Shown here: positions 25,069 to 35,910 of the stretch, one piece after another
Position numbering within the stretch: position 1 is the first letter of the stretch
How the letters are laid out: the number at the start of each line of letters is the position of its first letter
NCBI GenBank assembly: GCA_043228905.1
Contig: JBHGNT010000005.1
Location: 6,944,001 to 7,008,000 of the forward strand
Reading direction: 5' to 3'
DNA: 64,000 nucleotides
Source of the DNA: Azolla caroliniana
Taxonomy: Eukaryota; Plantae; Polypodiophyta
Made by a program: the position numbers and the translations under genes
The notes under the pieces: generated by a model
What the model was told of the DNA's origin: nothing
Database searches by the model: none
Seen by the model: only the letters and a program-made list of their open reading frames with translations

Positions 25069-27824
25069 GGATTTTTAAAAAGGTCTATCAAGGTGTGGGG
25101 CCGGGATAGTCCGGATAACCGGAAAGCTCCCCACACCTGTATAATAGGTAGGAAAGTTTTGTTCTCCGAAAACGGAGGATGTACCATAGTCAGCATCGCT
25201 AGCCGAGAAAGAAAACGGGCCGAGATATGCTTAAAGGCGTGCGGAGCCTTGAGCCGCGACGAAAGAATTAGGGAAGCCGTGGAGGCGGTCTCGTTCGATG
25301 ACACCCTAGGTGAAATCGGGAAGGTAGTTGAAGGAGGTCTAAGCGAAGATCGAGTCATACCGGTCAACTCAATCGACATGTATGAAGTCATTGCGGACTT
25401 CGAAAGAGGAAATACAAGACTATGGACCGGAAGGTGAAGCCCGTCGCAGCTCCCTTGACGGAGGGCAGCTGGGAACGAATAAAGGGGGTCGCTACCAACC
25501 CCTGCTTGCGGGATCCGACCGGCATAGGGCACCGTTTCACCGACAAAACGCTACGAGAGCTGAAGATCGGTGGGGGTGGCTTCCTACTGCCGACGGAAGA
25601 GGATCGGTTCAAAAGGATGCTCGAAAGGCACGGGAAGGCCTTCGCATTCTCACTAGGAGAAATCAGGTGCGTCGACCCGACCATCGTCGAGCCAATGGTA
25701 ATCTTTACGGTGTTGCACATACCATGGAGCCTCAAGTCAATCCAAGTACCGAGGGCTCACATGCCGATGCTGATGGAGCTCCTTAAACAGAAAGTAGAGT
25801 TGGGCATCCTCGAACCGTCGAGTGCCCCCTATTCTAACCGGTGGTTTACGGTACCGAAGAAGAACGGTACGATGCGGTTCATCCAGGACTTACAACCGGT
25901 CAACAAAGTGACCATCCGCAATACGGGAGTCGGACCGTCGATCGATGAGTTCACGGAAGCCTTCGCTGGAAGGTCCATATACTCGATCGGAGACCTTTAC
26001 TCAGGATACGACCAATTCTAGTTGGCCGTGCAAAGCAAGGACATCACGACAATGCAAACCCCTCTCGGTCTAGTTCGGATGTGCACCTTACCACAAGGAG
26101 GAACCAACTCGGTTGCACACATGGTGAATGCTATAAACAGAGTTCTGAGGTACTACATTCCGGACATCACCATGCCTTTCCTGGACGACATCCCTATCAA
26201 GGGGTGTCCGGAGGACACCAAGGATGAGCCGATCGGCGCGGACGGGTGTGGAAGGTTTGTCACGGACCACATTGCCAACTGCGAAAAGATACTACAGAGG
26301 CTCGAAGGCGCGCGGCTTACCTTCTCGGGAAAGAAGTCGGCCTTCAGGCAACAAGAGATATTAGTGGTTGGCCACCTATGTGGGTCGTATGGCCGGAAGC
26401 CATCGCCGACCAAGGTAGAGGCCATTTCGGCAATGAAGGAGGAGTGTGGATCCGTCACAGAGGTCCGGCGATTCTTAGGAGCATGTGCCTTCTACCACAT
26501 ATGGATCCCTCATTCGCATGGGCGAAGGAACATACGAAGGCATCTCGGAAGCTAAAGTGAGTGCTTGTCGTGGCACCGGCTTTGCGCAAAGCGGAATACG
26601 CACTGAGTACTCCGGTCTATATCACAGTGGACACCAGCCCAACCGGGATCGGATGGGTCGTGAACCAAGAGGACGAAGACGGCACGCGCTTCCCTATCCA
26701 GTTCGGTGCAAAGGTACTAAGTGAACGACAGCGAGGATACGCCCAAGTCAAGCACGAACTGTGGGGTATCGTTTCAGCGGTTAAGGTCGACAAAGACTAC
26801 TTAATCGAGGCGGAAGTAATTATAGAAACGGACTGCCTACCGATTCTCGGTATGGTCTCCGAATGCGTGACTCCCGAACTGCCCATGCTCAGGTGGATTG
26901 CGTACATCAAGTCCCTGAACCCGGAGATACGACACATCTCGGGTAAACACAACGCCATGGCCGACATGCTTTCCAGGGAAAGATTCGAGGACGAGGACGG
27001 CATGGTATCGGAGAATGAAGAAGTTGGCGCAGACTTCTTCAAATCATCAAGGATGAGGATAAAAGAACAAAGCGCCCTGCCCGTGAATGAGTTCGACAAG
27101 ATGGCTACGACGGGGAGTGGCTCCTAATCGGGAGATTTCTGAAGACAATGACGACGGACGCCACGATGACTAAGGAGGAGGCTGGACAGCTCCAGAAGAG
27201 GGCATACCGATATTTCCTACGGAATGGGAAAATCTGGAGGGTCCCAAAAAGTCGAAACTACACGCCGCTCCGGGTAGTAACGCGGGCGGATGACCAACAG
27301 AAGCTAATGTCGGAGTTCCACGAGAGCCCTTGGTCTGGACACCGGGGTACGTGGGCTACATTCGAGAAGTTAAAGGAAAAATATTGGTGGCCAGGCTTGT
27401 ACAAGAGCATGCACGACTTCGTGTCTACGTGTGAAAGCTGCCAGATGCACTCGGTGGTTCGGCACCGCGACGAACTACACCCGACTTATCCTCCGACTGT
27501 GCACTTCAAGTGGATGGTCGACTTAGTCACGATGCCGATGGGCGAAGGGCAGAAGCGATACCTAGTGCTGGCTAGAGAGGACCTTACCAACCAGGTAGAG
27601 GGATGGACACATATGAACAAGACCACCGCGGCAGTATGTCAGTTTCTGATCGAGGATGTTGTATGTCGATACGGGTGCGTGGGAAAAATCGTCGCTGACC
27701 GAGGAGAGCCGAGGAACTGTTCGATCGGTTAGGCCTAAAACTGTCCCTCACAAAGTCATACAACCCGGAGACAAATGGGAAGATTGAACGGGGCCACAGT
27801 CCGATCGTAAAGGCCATTGTACGC
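25069..27824 (+). pseudogene. pol: pol (RT-RNase H-integrase) of element E
   Basis: FLDDIPIKG, TVDTSPTGIG, HESPWSGH..CESC, WMVDLV; frameshifts and stops; continues at 35911. Confidence 0.88.
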
Positions 27825-28614
27825 TGTCGCAAAGAAAACCGTCCATAGGCGGAATCGGCGCACCTAGGCGTGGGAACCGGTTCTTCACGCGCGCAAGCTC
27901 CAAGTTGTACATAAAAGCGAATTAGGAGGATAATCGGCAGGAACGGGCCCTAACACAAGTGGAGACAAACACCGCGCGAACAGTCTTTCGGTCGCGCGCG
28001 CGAGTTAAGGAACTGTACGAGTCGGCGGCGTAACTACGCGGATGCGTGAAGAACGGAGCGGATCCCTGTCCAAAAGGGACAGGGAATAAAGCTGACAGGA
28101 CGGCCTGCTCGTCGGCCTATATAAGGAGCAGGAAAGAGCTGTTGCAGAGATCTCTCGCAGAGAGGACGAAGTGCTGTCGGACCGTTTCTGGACGCTTCTC
28201 TCTCTGTTTCCTTCCTTCTTGAGCCCATAGCTTTCTGTGCAGGGTTCCGGGGAGGCTCGCGCTGTTTCGAGGAACGCCCGAGTGCTTCCGGCAGCACCTC
28301 CGACCTGCTACCCCGTTTGTGCGTCGACGCGAACAGGCATCGGCATCTGTTCGCCGGCCTGTTCGGTTGTAACCAACCTGTGCCCCGTCGAGGGTTGTAG
28401 TCGTGTTAGCAATTTTGATAATATACATATTTAGTCGTTCGCGTCTGTCTGTGTCGGTGTCTGTTCGCGTTCTCCGTGCTGAAGGGCCGTGTCCCTGTGT
28501 ATCCCCGGTCCTGCGTAGTCGGTTCTCTCTCTTCCTCCTCCCTCGCTTGCTCTTTGGTTCGAGACCCCCGCGGTCCCGCCTCATCTCCACACGCACTTGC
28601 GAAATATCTCGACA
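27825..28614 (+). repeat. 5' LTR of element A
   Basis: TGTCGC...CTCGACA; direct repeat of 34336-35123; TATATAAGG near 28118. Confidence 0.96.
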
Positions 28615-28618
28615 TCTT

Positions 28619-28636
28619 TGGTGAACCCGACGTGAA
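28619..28636 (+). promoter_or_regulatory. PBS (tRNA-Trp) of element A
   Basis: TGGTGAACCCGACGTGAA is the reverse complement of the plant tRNA-Trp 3' end ...TTCACGTCGGGTTCA-CCA (tRNA sequence recalled, not searched). Confidence 0.88.
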
Positions 28637-28658
28637 AGAGGCGGCAGAAGAGCAGAAG

Positions 28659-30785
28659 ATGAGGGGGTCGGATCTCGCAGAGGCCATGGCTTCGGCCGTG
28701 GATCGGATTGTAAACGCGCGCGAGATCACCGGTGCCCTCGACAGAGCTATTGAGGCGGTCGTCGGCACGATCGGCCGGTTCGATGGGAAGGATGCCACGA
28801 AGTATTTGGCGTCCTACGGTGCAGAGATGCTGATGCGGGACATTCCGGAAGAAAGGCGTCTTGCCGGATTTCCCCGAGTAGCGATGCCGAGCATCCATGC
28901 GGAGGTGCTCGAGGTGCGGACGGAGAGCCGTACCTGGGAGGAGTTCGAAGGTCGGCTCCTAGAGAAATACGGGCTGGACGACGCGCTCCGGCTTTCGAAG
29001 CGAAGGTTCATGGAATGGGTGGAGTCCCCGGGGAAGGGAAGAAACGCGTCGGCGCTCCTCCGGGAGTTCGAGGAAAACTTTGCGCGCCTTTCGGCGCTCG
29101 ACCGAACCATCCTGGACACGAGCCGGGTCTTGCTGTTTGTCAAGTCGGTCGACGAGCGGGATCGGGAGCAAGTGGGCCTCTTGCTGGAAACCGAAGACGG
29201 GCTCACTACCGACTGGGCGGCTGTCAGGAAGGTCTGTGGCCGTTTCGACAAACGGCGAGAATGCTCGGATAACGGGGCGACCGGGTCGGGCTCGGTCGCA
29301 GCGAGGAAGCTCGAACCAGCGCCACAGGTGCGCAAGGAAGAGACCCGGGGGTGGTTGGAAACCGGTTCGGCTTCGACCGGCGTAGTCAGAGGCTCAACCG
29401 GAGGAGCGGCACTGGAGGAATTGACGAAGGCGATAAAGGACCTCCAAATCGCGCAGGCCCGAAGGGAAGGAGGCGAACCGGCTCGTGACCGACGGCCGGC
29501 GGCAGGAAACAGGTGCATGTGGTGCGATGAAGTCGGCCACATTCGGAAGGACTGCGGCGACTTCGCGGAGGCGCTGAGGGACAGGGTGGTGTACCTGTGG
29601 GAAGGACGGGTGCATGCCAGCGACACCCGAAGGGCCCTGAGCCGAAATGACGGAAAAGGTGGTATGAAAGGGTTGATGGAAGAGGCGGCGGCCCGACACG
29701 CGGAAACCGTCCACTACTCGGCGTCGGCCGGCATTCGAGTCGGGGGCGGCGAGGCCCGAAGGGAAAGCAAAGCCGGATTCTGGCCGACGATGCTGGAAGG
29801 CCTTGCCGGTGCAAGGCTTAAAGGGGAGGAATCGGACCGTGCGGAGAAATGGGTACGGGAGATGACCGGGTGAAGCGACCCGGTCGAGGAAAGGACGGGC
29901 TTCGTGGAAGCCGCTTGCCAGAACTACGAGGCTCTGGTAGAAGAGAAGCGGGTGGGGAGACCCGGGACGACCGGGCCCTCACAACGATACGAGACCCGGT
30001 CCGGGCCACGACGGGACGAAGCCGGCGGGGCCGGTACGCAAGATAAACCCCAGAAGGGCGGGTACCGTCTGGGGACGGAGATAGAAAGGACCACGGACTT
30101 ACGAAAGGTCCTGGAGGAACGGATCCTCTACATCAAGGTGGAGCTGTCGTTACGAGAGGTGCTGGGAATCGCCAAGAAGGAGTTCCACGACTCCATCGTG
30201 GACTTGGTGAAACGGAAGAGGCTGTCGACGGAGACAGAACCGGAAAGACCGGTGGAAGTGCGGACGACGCACCTAGACGACATGGCGCTGGGAGACGAGT
30301 GGGCGGAAAGCCACTATTCGAGACCACACTGGGCCCGAGCGACCACGGAAACCCCGGTGAAGATCGGCGATGTCCAGGAACAGGTGATAGCTTTGGTGGA
30401 CCACGGATCGGAGATCAATTTGATGTCCATGGACTTCTATAAGAAGGGCAAATGGCCGATCAACACCAAGCACGGGTGGAAAATAAGGGCAGCGACGCGC
30501 GCCACCGAGGAACTGCACGGGGCCTGTCCGAATGTGCGAGTCAAGATCGGCGACGTCGAGATTGACCAGCACTTCTTCGTGCAGGAGACGTCTTCGCATC
30601 CGGTCATTCTGGGAGAGCCGTACATCACGGCGGCGCGAATGGAGACCAAAGTACTGGACAATGGTTCGGCCTACGCAAGGGTCAAAAGCCAAGACGGGCG
30701 CCATTCGGTCCAATTTCTGACGGTACGGCCGAACCACGAACGTAACCGCGATTCCCTCGGTTCCGAAAACCGAGAGGATTTTTAG
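28659..30785 (+). CDS. gag: Gag-protease polyprotein (ORF1) of element A, with one premature TGA at 29871-29873
   Basis: ORFs 28476-29873 and 29904-30785 are in the same frame; element E has TGG at the stop position; knuckle CMWCDEVGHIRKDC; protease LVDHGSEINLM ... ILGEPY. Confidence 0.85.
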
Positions 30786-30845
30786 AGAGGACTGCCAAGG
30801 CGTGGGGCCGCGACAGTCCGGATGCTCCGGGAAACCCCCACATCT
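30776..30845 (+). promoter_or_regulatory. Putative -1 programmed ribosomal frameshift signal (G_GAU_UUU + pseudoknot)
   Basis: Heptamer directly before the ORF1 stop, 6-nt spacer, two interleaved stems; same geometry at 25069-25138. Confidence 0.75.
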
Positions 30846-33800
30846 GTACGATAAAACCGTGTACAATAGGTAGGAAATTTTGCTTCTCCGACAGCGGAGC
30901 ATGTACGATGGTCGGCATCACCGGCCGAGAGAAAACAAAGACGGAGGGGAGACTTCGGGCGTGCGGAGTTCTCGGCCCTGACGAAGGAATCAACGGAGCC
31001 GTGGAGGCAGTCTCCTTCGACGACACCTTGGGGATGCTGGGGAAGGTAGTCGAAGAGGACCTTAACGATGACCGGACGATACCGGTATGTTCCGAAGAAA
31101 TGTACGAAGTCATCGCGGACTTCAGTCGAGGGCTCGAGTCGGAACGGACGGCCCGAGTGAGCACCAAGTACAAGACGGTGGACCGGAAGGTGAGGCCAGT
31201 TGCGGCGCCCTTACCGGAGGGCAGCGAATCCCGAATCAAAGGGGTTGCATCGGACCCCAGCTTACGAGATCCGGCCTGCATAGGACACACCTTCACCAAC
31301 GAGACGCTCCGCGAGCTGGAGATCGGTGGGGGCGGGTTCCTACTGCCGATGGAGGAAGACCGGTTTCGGAGAATGCTCGGAAGGCACGGGAAAGCCTTCG
31401 CATTCTCACCGGAGGAAATCGGGTGCGTAGACCCGACGATCGTAGAGCCAATGGTGATATTCACGGTACCGCATGTACCGTGGAATCTCAAGCCAATTTC
31501 GGTTCCGAGAGCTCACATCCCGAAGTTGATGGAGCTGTTGAAGCAGAAAGTTGATATGGGCATTCTCGAGCCGTCGAGCGCCCCGTATTCAAACCGGTGG
31601 TTTACCGTACCGAAGAAAAACGGATCATTGCGCTTCATTCAGGACCTGCAGCCGGTCAATAGAGTGACCATTCGGAACGCGGGGATCGGACCGACCATAG
31701 ACGAGTTCGCGGAGGCCTTCGCCGGAAGGTCGATTTACTCGGTCGGTGATCTATACTCAGGGTATGACCAGTTCCAGCTAGCCGTGGAGAGCAGAGACAT
31801 TACGACGATGCGAACTCCCCTCGGCCTAGTGCGGATGTGTACGCTGCCGCAAGGAGGGACCAACTCGGTGGCCCACATGGTGAATGCAATGAACAAGGTG
31901 CTGAGGGACTGCATCCCGGACATCACCATGCCGTTTCTAGACGACATCCCGATCAAGGGATGCCCGGTAGAAGAGAAGGACGAGACGGTCGGGCCGGACG
32001 GATGCCGGCGATTCGTGGTAATGCACATCGACGACTGCGAGAAGGTGCTGCAAAGGCTAGAGGATGCGAGGCTCACCTTCTCGGGGGAGAAGTCTGCCTT
32101 CGGGCAGTCGGAAATCATGGTGGTCGGACATTTGTGCGGGCCATATGGCCGGAAACCGTCTCCGGCAAAGGTAGAGGCCATCTCCGCGATGAAGCCTGAC
32201 TGCAGCTCGGTCACGGAAGTACGAAGATTCTTGGGAGCATGCGCCTTCTACCACATATGGATCCCGCATTACGCGCACGTCGCGGAGCCGCTGTACGGAT
32301 TATTGAAGAAAGGGCGAAGATTCGAATGGCTAGACAAGCACGCGGAGTCGGTCCGGAAGCTGAAGGAGGCTCTTTCGGCAGCACCGGCGCTCCGAAAGGC
32401 TGTCTACGGGAAGGATACCCCAGTGTACATAACGGTTGACACGAGTCCGACCGGAATCGGGTGGGTCGTCAACCAAGAAGACGAGGACGGCAATCGGTTT
32501 CCGATCCGATTCGGCGCGAAGGTCCTCAGCGAACGGCAGCGAGGATACGCCCAGGTTAAACGCGAACTCTGGGGTATCGTTTCGGCGGTGAAGGCCGACA
32601 AGGACTATCTGATCGGGACGGAGGTAATCATAGAGACGGATTGCATGCCGATTCTCGGCATGGTTTCCGGATGCGCGACGCCGGACCTGGCAATGCTCAG
32701 GTGGATAGCGTACATCAAGTCCCTAGACCCGGTAATACGACACATTTCCGGGAAAGACAACGCCATGGCCGACATGCTTTCAAGGGCGAGATTCGAGGAC
32801 GAGGGCGGCATGGTCTCGGAGGACGAAGAGGTCGGCGTGGACTTCTTCGAGACTGCGTATGTAACAACCGGCGGGACAAGCACTCCGGCGCTTAACGACT
32901 TCGACGCGAGCAAGTACGACGGGGAGTGGCTGCAGATCGGTGGGTTTTTGAAGACAATGACGCCCGATGCGTCATGGACGAAGGACGAGGCCAACCGGAT
33001 CCGGAGGAAAGCGTACCGGTTCTTTCTCCGGGATGGCTACCTATGGAAGCACCCGAAGAAGAGGGACGGCGCTCCGCTCCGGGTGGTGGCGATGAAGGAA
33101 GAACAGGAGGAGCTGCTGACGGCCTACCACGACAGCCCTTGGGCTGGACACCGTGGAACATGGGCTACGTTTGAGAAACTGAAGGGGAAGTATTGGTGGC
33201 CGGGGCAGTACCAGGACGTGCATCGGTTCGTGACAACTTGCGAGAGCTGTCAGATGCACTCCATAGTCCGACATCGGGACGAGCTTCACCCCACGTACCC
33301 TCCGACCATCCACTTCAAATGGATGGTAGATCTGGTAACGATGCCAATGGGAGTAGGACAGATGCGGTACCTGGTCCTAGCGCGGGAGGATCTGACGAAC
33401 CAGGTGGAAGGCCGGGCCCTTCCGAACAAAACGACCGCGGCCGTATGCCGGTTCCTAATCGAAGACGTGATATGCCGGTACGGGTGCGTCGGGAAGATCG
33501 TGGCTGACCGAGGGGAGTTGGACGCCGAAGAAGCCGCGGAGCTGTTCGACCGGCTGGGAGTCAAGCTCTCGCTCACCACTGCGTACAATCCGGAGGCGAA
33601 TGGGAAGGTGGAGCGCGGACACGGGCCGATCGTCAAGGCGTTGGTTCGGGCATGCGGAGGCCAAGTCGGTAACTGGCCGCGGCTGCTACCTTATGCTTTG
33701 TGGGCAGACCGGACCACGCACAGTTCGGTAACCGGGTACATGCCGACGGAGCTCATGTTCGGCCAGAAGCCGATCATGCCGATGGAACGGACGATCTCCT

Positions 33801-34264
33801 CATGGGCAACGGTCGATTGGAGGGACGAGATGAGCCGGGAGGAGTTGTTGGCCGCGCGTATACGACAACTCGAGCGGAGACCGGAGGACGTGGAACTGGC
33901 TGCGGAGAGGCTCCGGGCGGCGAGGGCAAAGAACAAAGCCAGGTTCGACCGAACGCACCGGCTCCGACCGAAGAAAATCGAAGAAGGTGACTGGGTGCTC
34001 GTCTACGACAGCAGCCTCGACAACCAGCACCGAGCCACACGGAAGTTCGCACGAAGGTGGTTCGGGCCTTACGTGGTACGGAGCGCCAATGACAACGGGA
34101 CATATCACCTGGCGGAACTTGACGGCACGAGAGTGGCGATACCGGTTGCAGGGAAGCGGATCAAAGCGTTCAAGAAGCGACATGACGACGAGCCAGACCC
34201 GGCTCTCCTAGTCAGCAGTGACGAACGATCCGGAAACGAGGAAGAACCGACGGGCGAGGAATGA
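30776..34264 (+). CDS. pol: Pol ORF2 (RT, RNase H, integrase) of element A, in the -1 frame relative to ORF1
   Basis: Open from the slippery site through ATG 30908 to TGA 34264; RT LPQG/FLDD, RNase H VDTS..ELWG..ETDC..ADMLSR, integrase HHCC + D-D-E + GPY; no chromodomain. Confidence 0.93.
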   Translation, partial: GFLERTAKAWGRDSPDAPGNPHICTIKPCTIGRKFCFSDSGACTMVGITGREKTKTEGRLRACGVLGPDEGINGAVEAVSFDDTLGMLGKVVEEDLNDDRTIPVCSEEMYEVIADFSRGLESERTARVSTKYKTVDRKVRPVAAPLPEGSESRIKGVASDPSLRDPACIGHTFTNETLRELEIGGGGFLLPMEEDRFRRMLGRHGKAFAFSPEEIGCVDPTIVEPMVIFTVPHVPWNLKPISVPRAHIPKLMELLKQKVDMGILEPSSAPYSNRWFTVPKKNGSLRFIQDLQPVNRVTIRNAGIGPTIDEFAEAFAGRSIYSVGDLYSGYDQFQLAVESRDITTMRTPLGLVRMCTLPQGGTNSVAHMVNAMNKVLRDCIPDITMPFLDDIPIKGCPVEEKDETVGPDGCRRFVVMHIDDCEKVLQRLEDARLTFSGEKSAFGQSEIMVVGHLCGPYGRKPSPAKVEAISAMKPDCSSVTEVRRFLGACAFYHIWIPHYAHVAEPLYGLLKKGRRFEWLDKHAESVRKLKEALSAAPALRKAVYGKDTPVYITVDTSPTGIGWVVNQEDEDGNRFPIRFGAKVLSERQRGYAQVKRELWGIVSAVKADKDYLIGTEVIIETDCMPILGMVSGCATPDLAMLRWIAYIKSLDPVIRHISGKDNAMADMLSRARFEDEGGMVSEDEEVGVDFFETAYVTTGGTSTPALNDFDASKYDGEWLQIGGFLKTMTPDASWTKDEANRIRRKAYRFFLRDGYLWKHPKKRDGAPLRVVAMKEEQEELLTAYHDSPWAGHRGTWATFEKLKGKYWWPGQYQDVHRFVTTCESCQMHSIVRHRDELHPTYPPTIHFKWMVDLVTMPMGVGQMRYLVLAREDLTNQVEGRALPNKTTAAVCRFLIEDVICRYGCVGKIVADRGELDAEEAAELFDRLGVKLSLTTAYNPEANGKVERGHGPIVKALVRACGGQVGNWPRLLPYALWADRTTHSSVTGYMPTELMFGQKPIMPMERTISSWATVDWRDEMSREELLAARIRQLERRPEDVELAAERLRAARAKNKARFDRTHRLRPKKIEEGDWVLVYDSSLDNQHRATRKFARRWFGPYVVRSANDNGTYHLAELDGTRVAIPVAGKRIKAFKKRHDDEPDPALLVSSDERSGNEEEPTGEE

Positions 34265-34335
34265 AGACGGGCCGGTTTTCTCCGTCCCAACTCTCTTGGC
34301 GCATACCGGAGGATGCGCGGTTAGGTGGGGGCGGA

Positions 34336-35123
34336 TGTCGCGAAGAAAACCGTCCATAGGCGGAATCGGTGCACCTAGGCGTGGGAACCGGTTCTTCACG
34401 CGCGCAAGCTCCAAGTTGTACATAAAAGCGAATTAGGAGGATAATCGGCAGGAACGGGCCCTAACACAAGTGGAGACAAACACCGCGCGAACAGTCTTTC
34501 GGTCGCGCGCGCGAGTTAAGGAACTGTACGAGTCGGCGGCGTAACTACGCGGATGCGTGAAGAACGGAGCGGATCCCTGTCCAAAAGGGACAGGGAATAA
34601 AGCTGACAGGACGGCCTGCTCGTCGGCCTATATAAGGAGCAGGAAAGAGCTGTTGCAGAGATCTCTCGCAGAGAGGACGAAGTGCTGTCGGACCGTTTCT
34701 GGACGCTTCTCTCTCTGTTTCCTTCCTTCTTGAGCCCATAGCTTTCTGTGCAGGGTTCCGGGGAGGCTCGCGCTGTTTCGAGGAACGCCCGAGTGCTTCC
34801 GGCAGCACCTCCGACCTGCTACCCCGTTTGTGCGTCGACGCGAACAGGCATCGGCATCTGTTCGCCGGCCTGTTCGGTTGTAACCAACCTGTGCCCCGTC
34901 GAGGGTTGTAGTCGTGTTAGCAATTTTGATAATATACATATTTAGTCGTTCGCGTCTGTCTGTGTCGGTGTCTGTTCGCGTTCTCCGTGCTGAAGGGCCG
35001 TGTCCCTGTGTATCCCCGGTCCTGCGTAGTCGGTTCTCTCTCTTCCTCCTCCCTCGCTTGCTCTTTGGTTCGAGACCCCCGCGGTCCCGCCTCATCTCCA
35101 CACACTTGCGAAATATCTCGACA
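34336..35123 (+). repeat. 3' LTR of element A
   Basis: Direct repeat of 27825-28614, preceded by PPT AGGTGGGGGCGGA. Confidence 0.96.
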
Positions 35124-35129
35124 ACGCCT

Positions 35130-35910
35130 TGTCGTGAAGAATTTCGGCCAGAGACGGAAACCGGGAAATATTGGCTACATCGGCGGGGTGCACCATGTGC
35201 ACTCACCCTCGTGTAATTGTGTGAATAATAGGAGTTAAGTCGGGAGGAAGAATCCCATGTAAATCGGGATTTATCCCACATTGTGACGCATCCCTCTCCT
35301 TATTCTATAAAAGGACGGGATGGTCCCTTGTAGAAGGGTTGCCCATTTTGTATTAGTAGGGTATACCATTAGATGGAGAGACGTCCTCTCTTCCTCTCTC
35401 TCTCTCTCTCTCTTGTTTTACGGTTCTTCTTCTTGCTCTCCTCTGCTTCTTCTTCTTCGTCCTTCTGTGCGTCGAGCCTTGGCATCTAGCGTTCCAGTTT
35501 TCTGCCCTGTACTCTGTGCAAGACCCCGCTCGGCGCGACAAGCCCGAGAGCTCCTCGACCGGCAGCTTGGCAGTAGACAACGGTTGTATCGCATGCGACC
35601 TAGGTCTGGCTTGAAGTCGATGTTGAATCTCGTTGTCTTGTAAATACATATACATTTGGCTGTGCATATTCGGGTCTCTGTTGGTGTGCGTGTGTGTGTC
35701 TTAATGTTTCTTTCTTGCTTATGTACATGTTCGTGCGAGAGTCAATGTTGTGTGCCTGCTCTCTCTCTCTCTCTCTCCATTCAGTTGCTTCCGGTGTGCT
35801 CCTGGGGTGCCCCGGAAAAGGTGAAGCACAACTTCCTACGCTCCGTCACTCCCTAGTCCAGGACCCCCGTGGTCCCGCCTTTCTCCACGCACGCACGATA
35901 CTTTGTGATA
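35130..35910 (+). mobile_element. Solo LTR B (C-related family)
   Basis: TGTCGTGAAGAATTTCGGCC start shared with the C LTRs; no PBS after it; E integrase (ACEGRVGNWPRLL) resumes at 35911. Confidence 0.88.

Larger units (their letters stand above)
27825..35123 (+). mobile_element. Element A: near-intact, young non-chromovirus Ty3/Gypsy retrotransposon
   Basis: LTRs 27825-28614 and 34336-35123 (only two substitutions and a 2-bp indel seen by eye); TSD ACGC; PBS 28619-28636; PPT ~34323-34335; complete gag-PR and RT-RH-IN. Confidence 0.97.

Noticed and set aside
28619-28636. tRNA-Trp gene fragments
   Set aside because: Only the 3' 18 nt including CCA, always next to an LTR, so these are primer binding sites
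29871-29873. Programmed stop-codon readthrough between gag and PR
   Set aside because: Element E has TGG (Trp) at this codon; a G-to-A mutation is simpler
30775-30785. TTTTTAG as a splice acceptor joining PR to RT (Ogre-like intron)
   Set aside because: Element E has TTTTTAA at the same place, and the -1 frame is open without splicing
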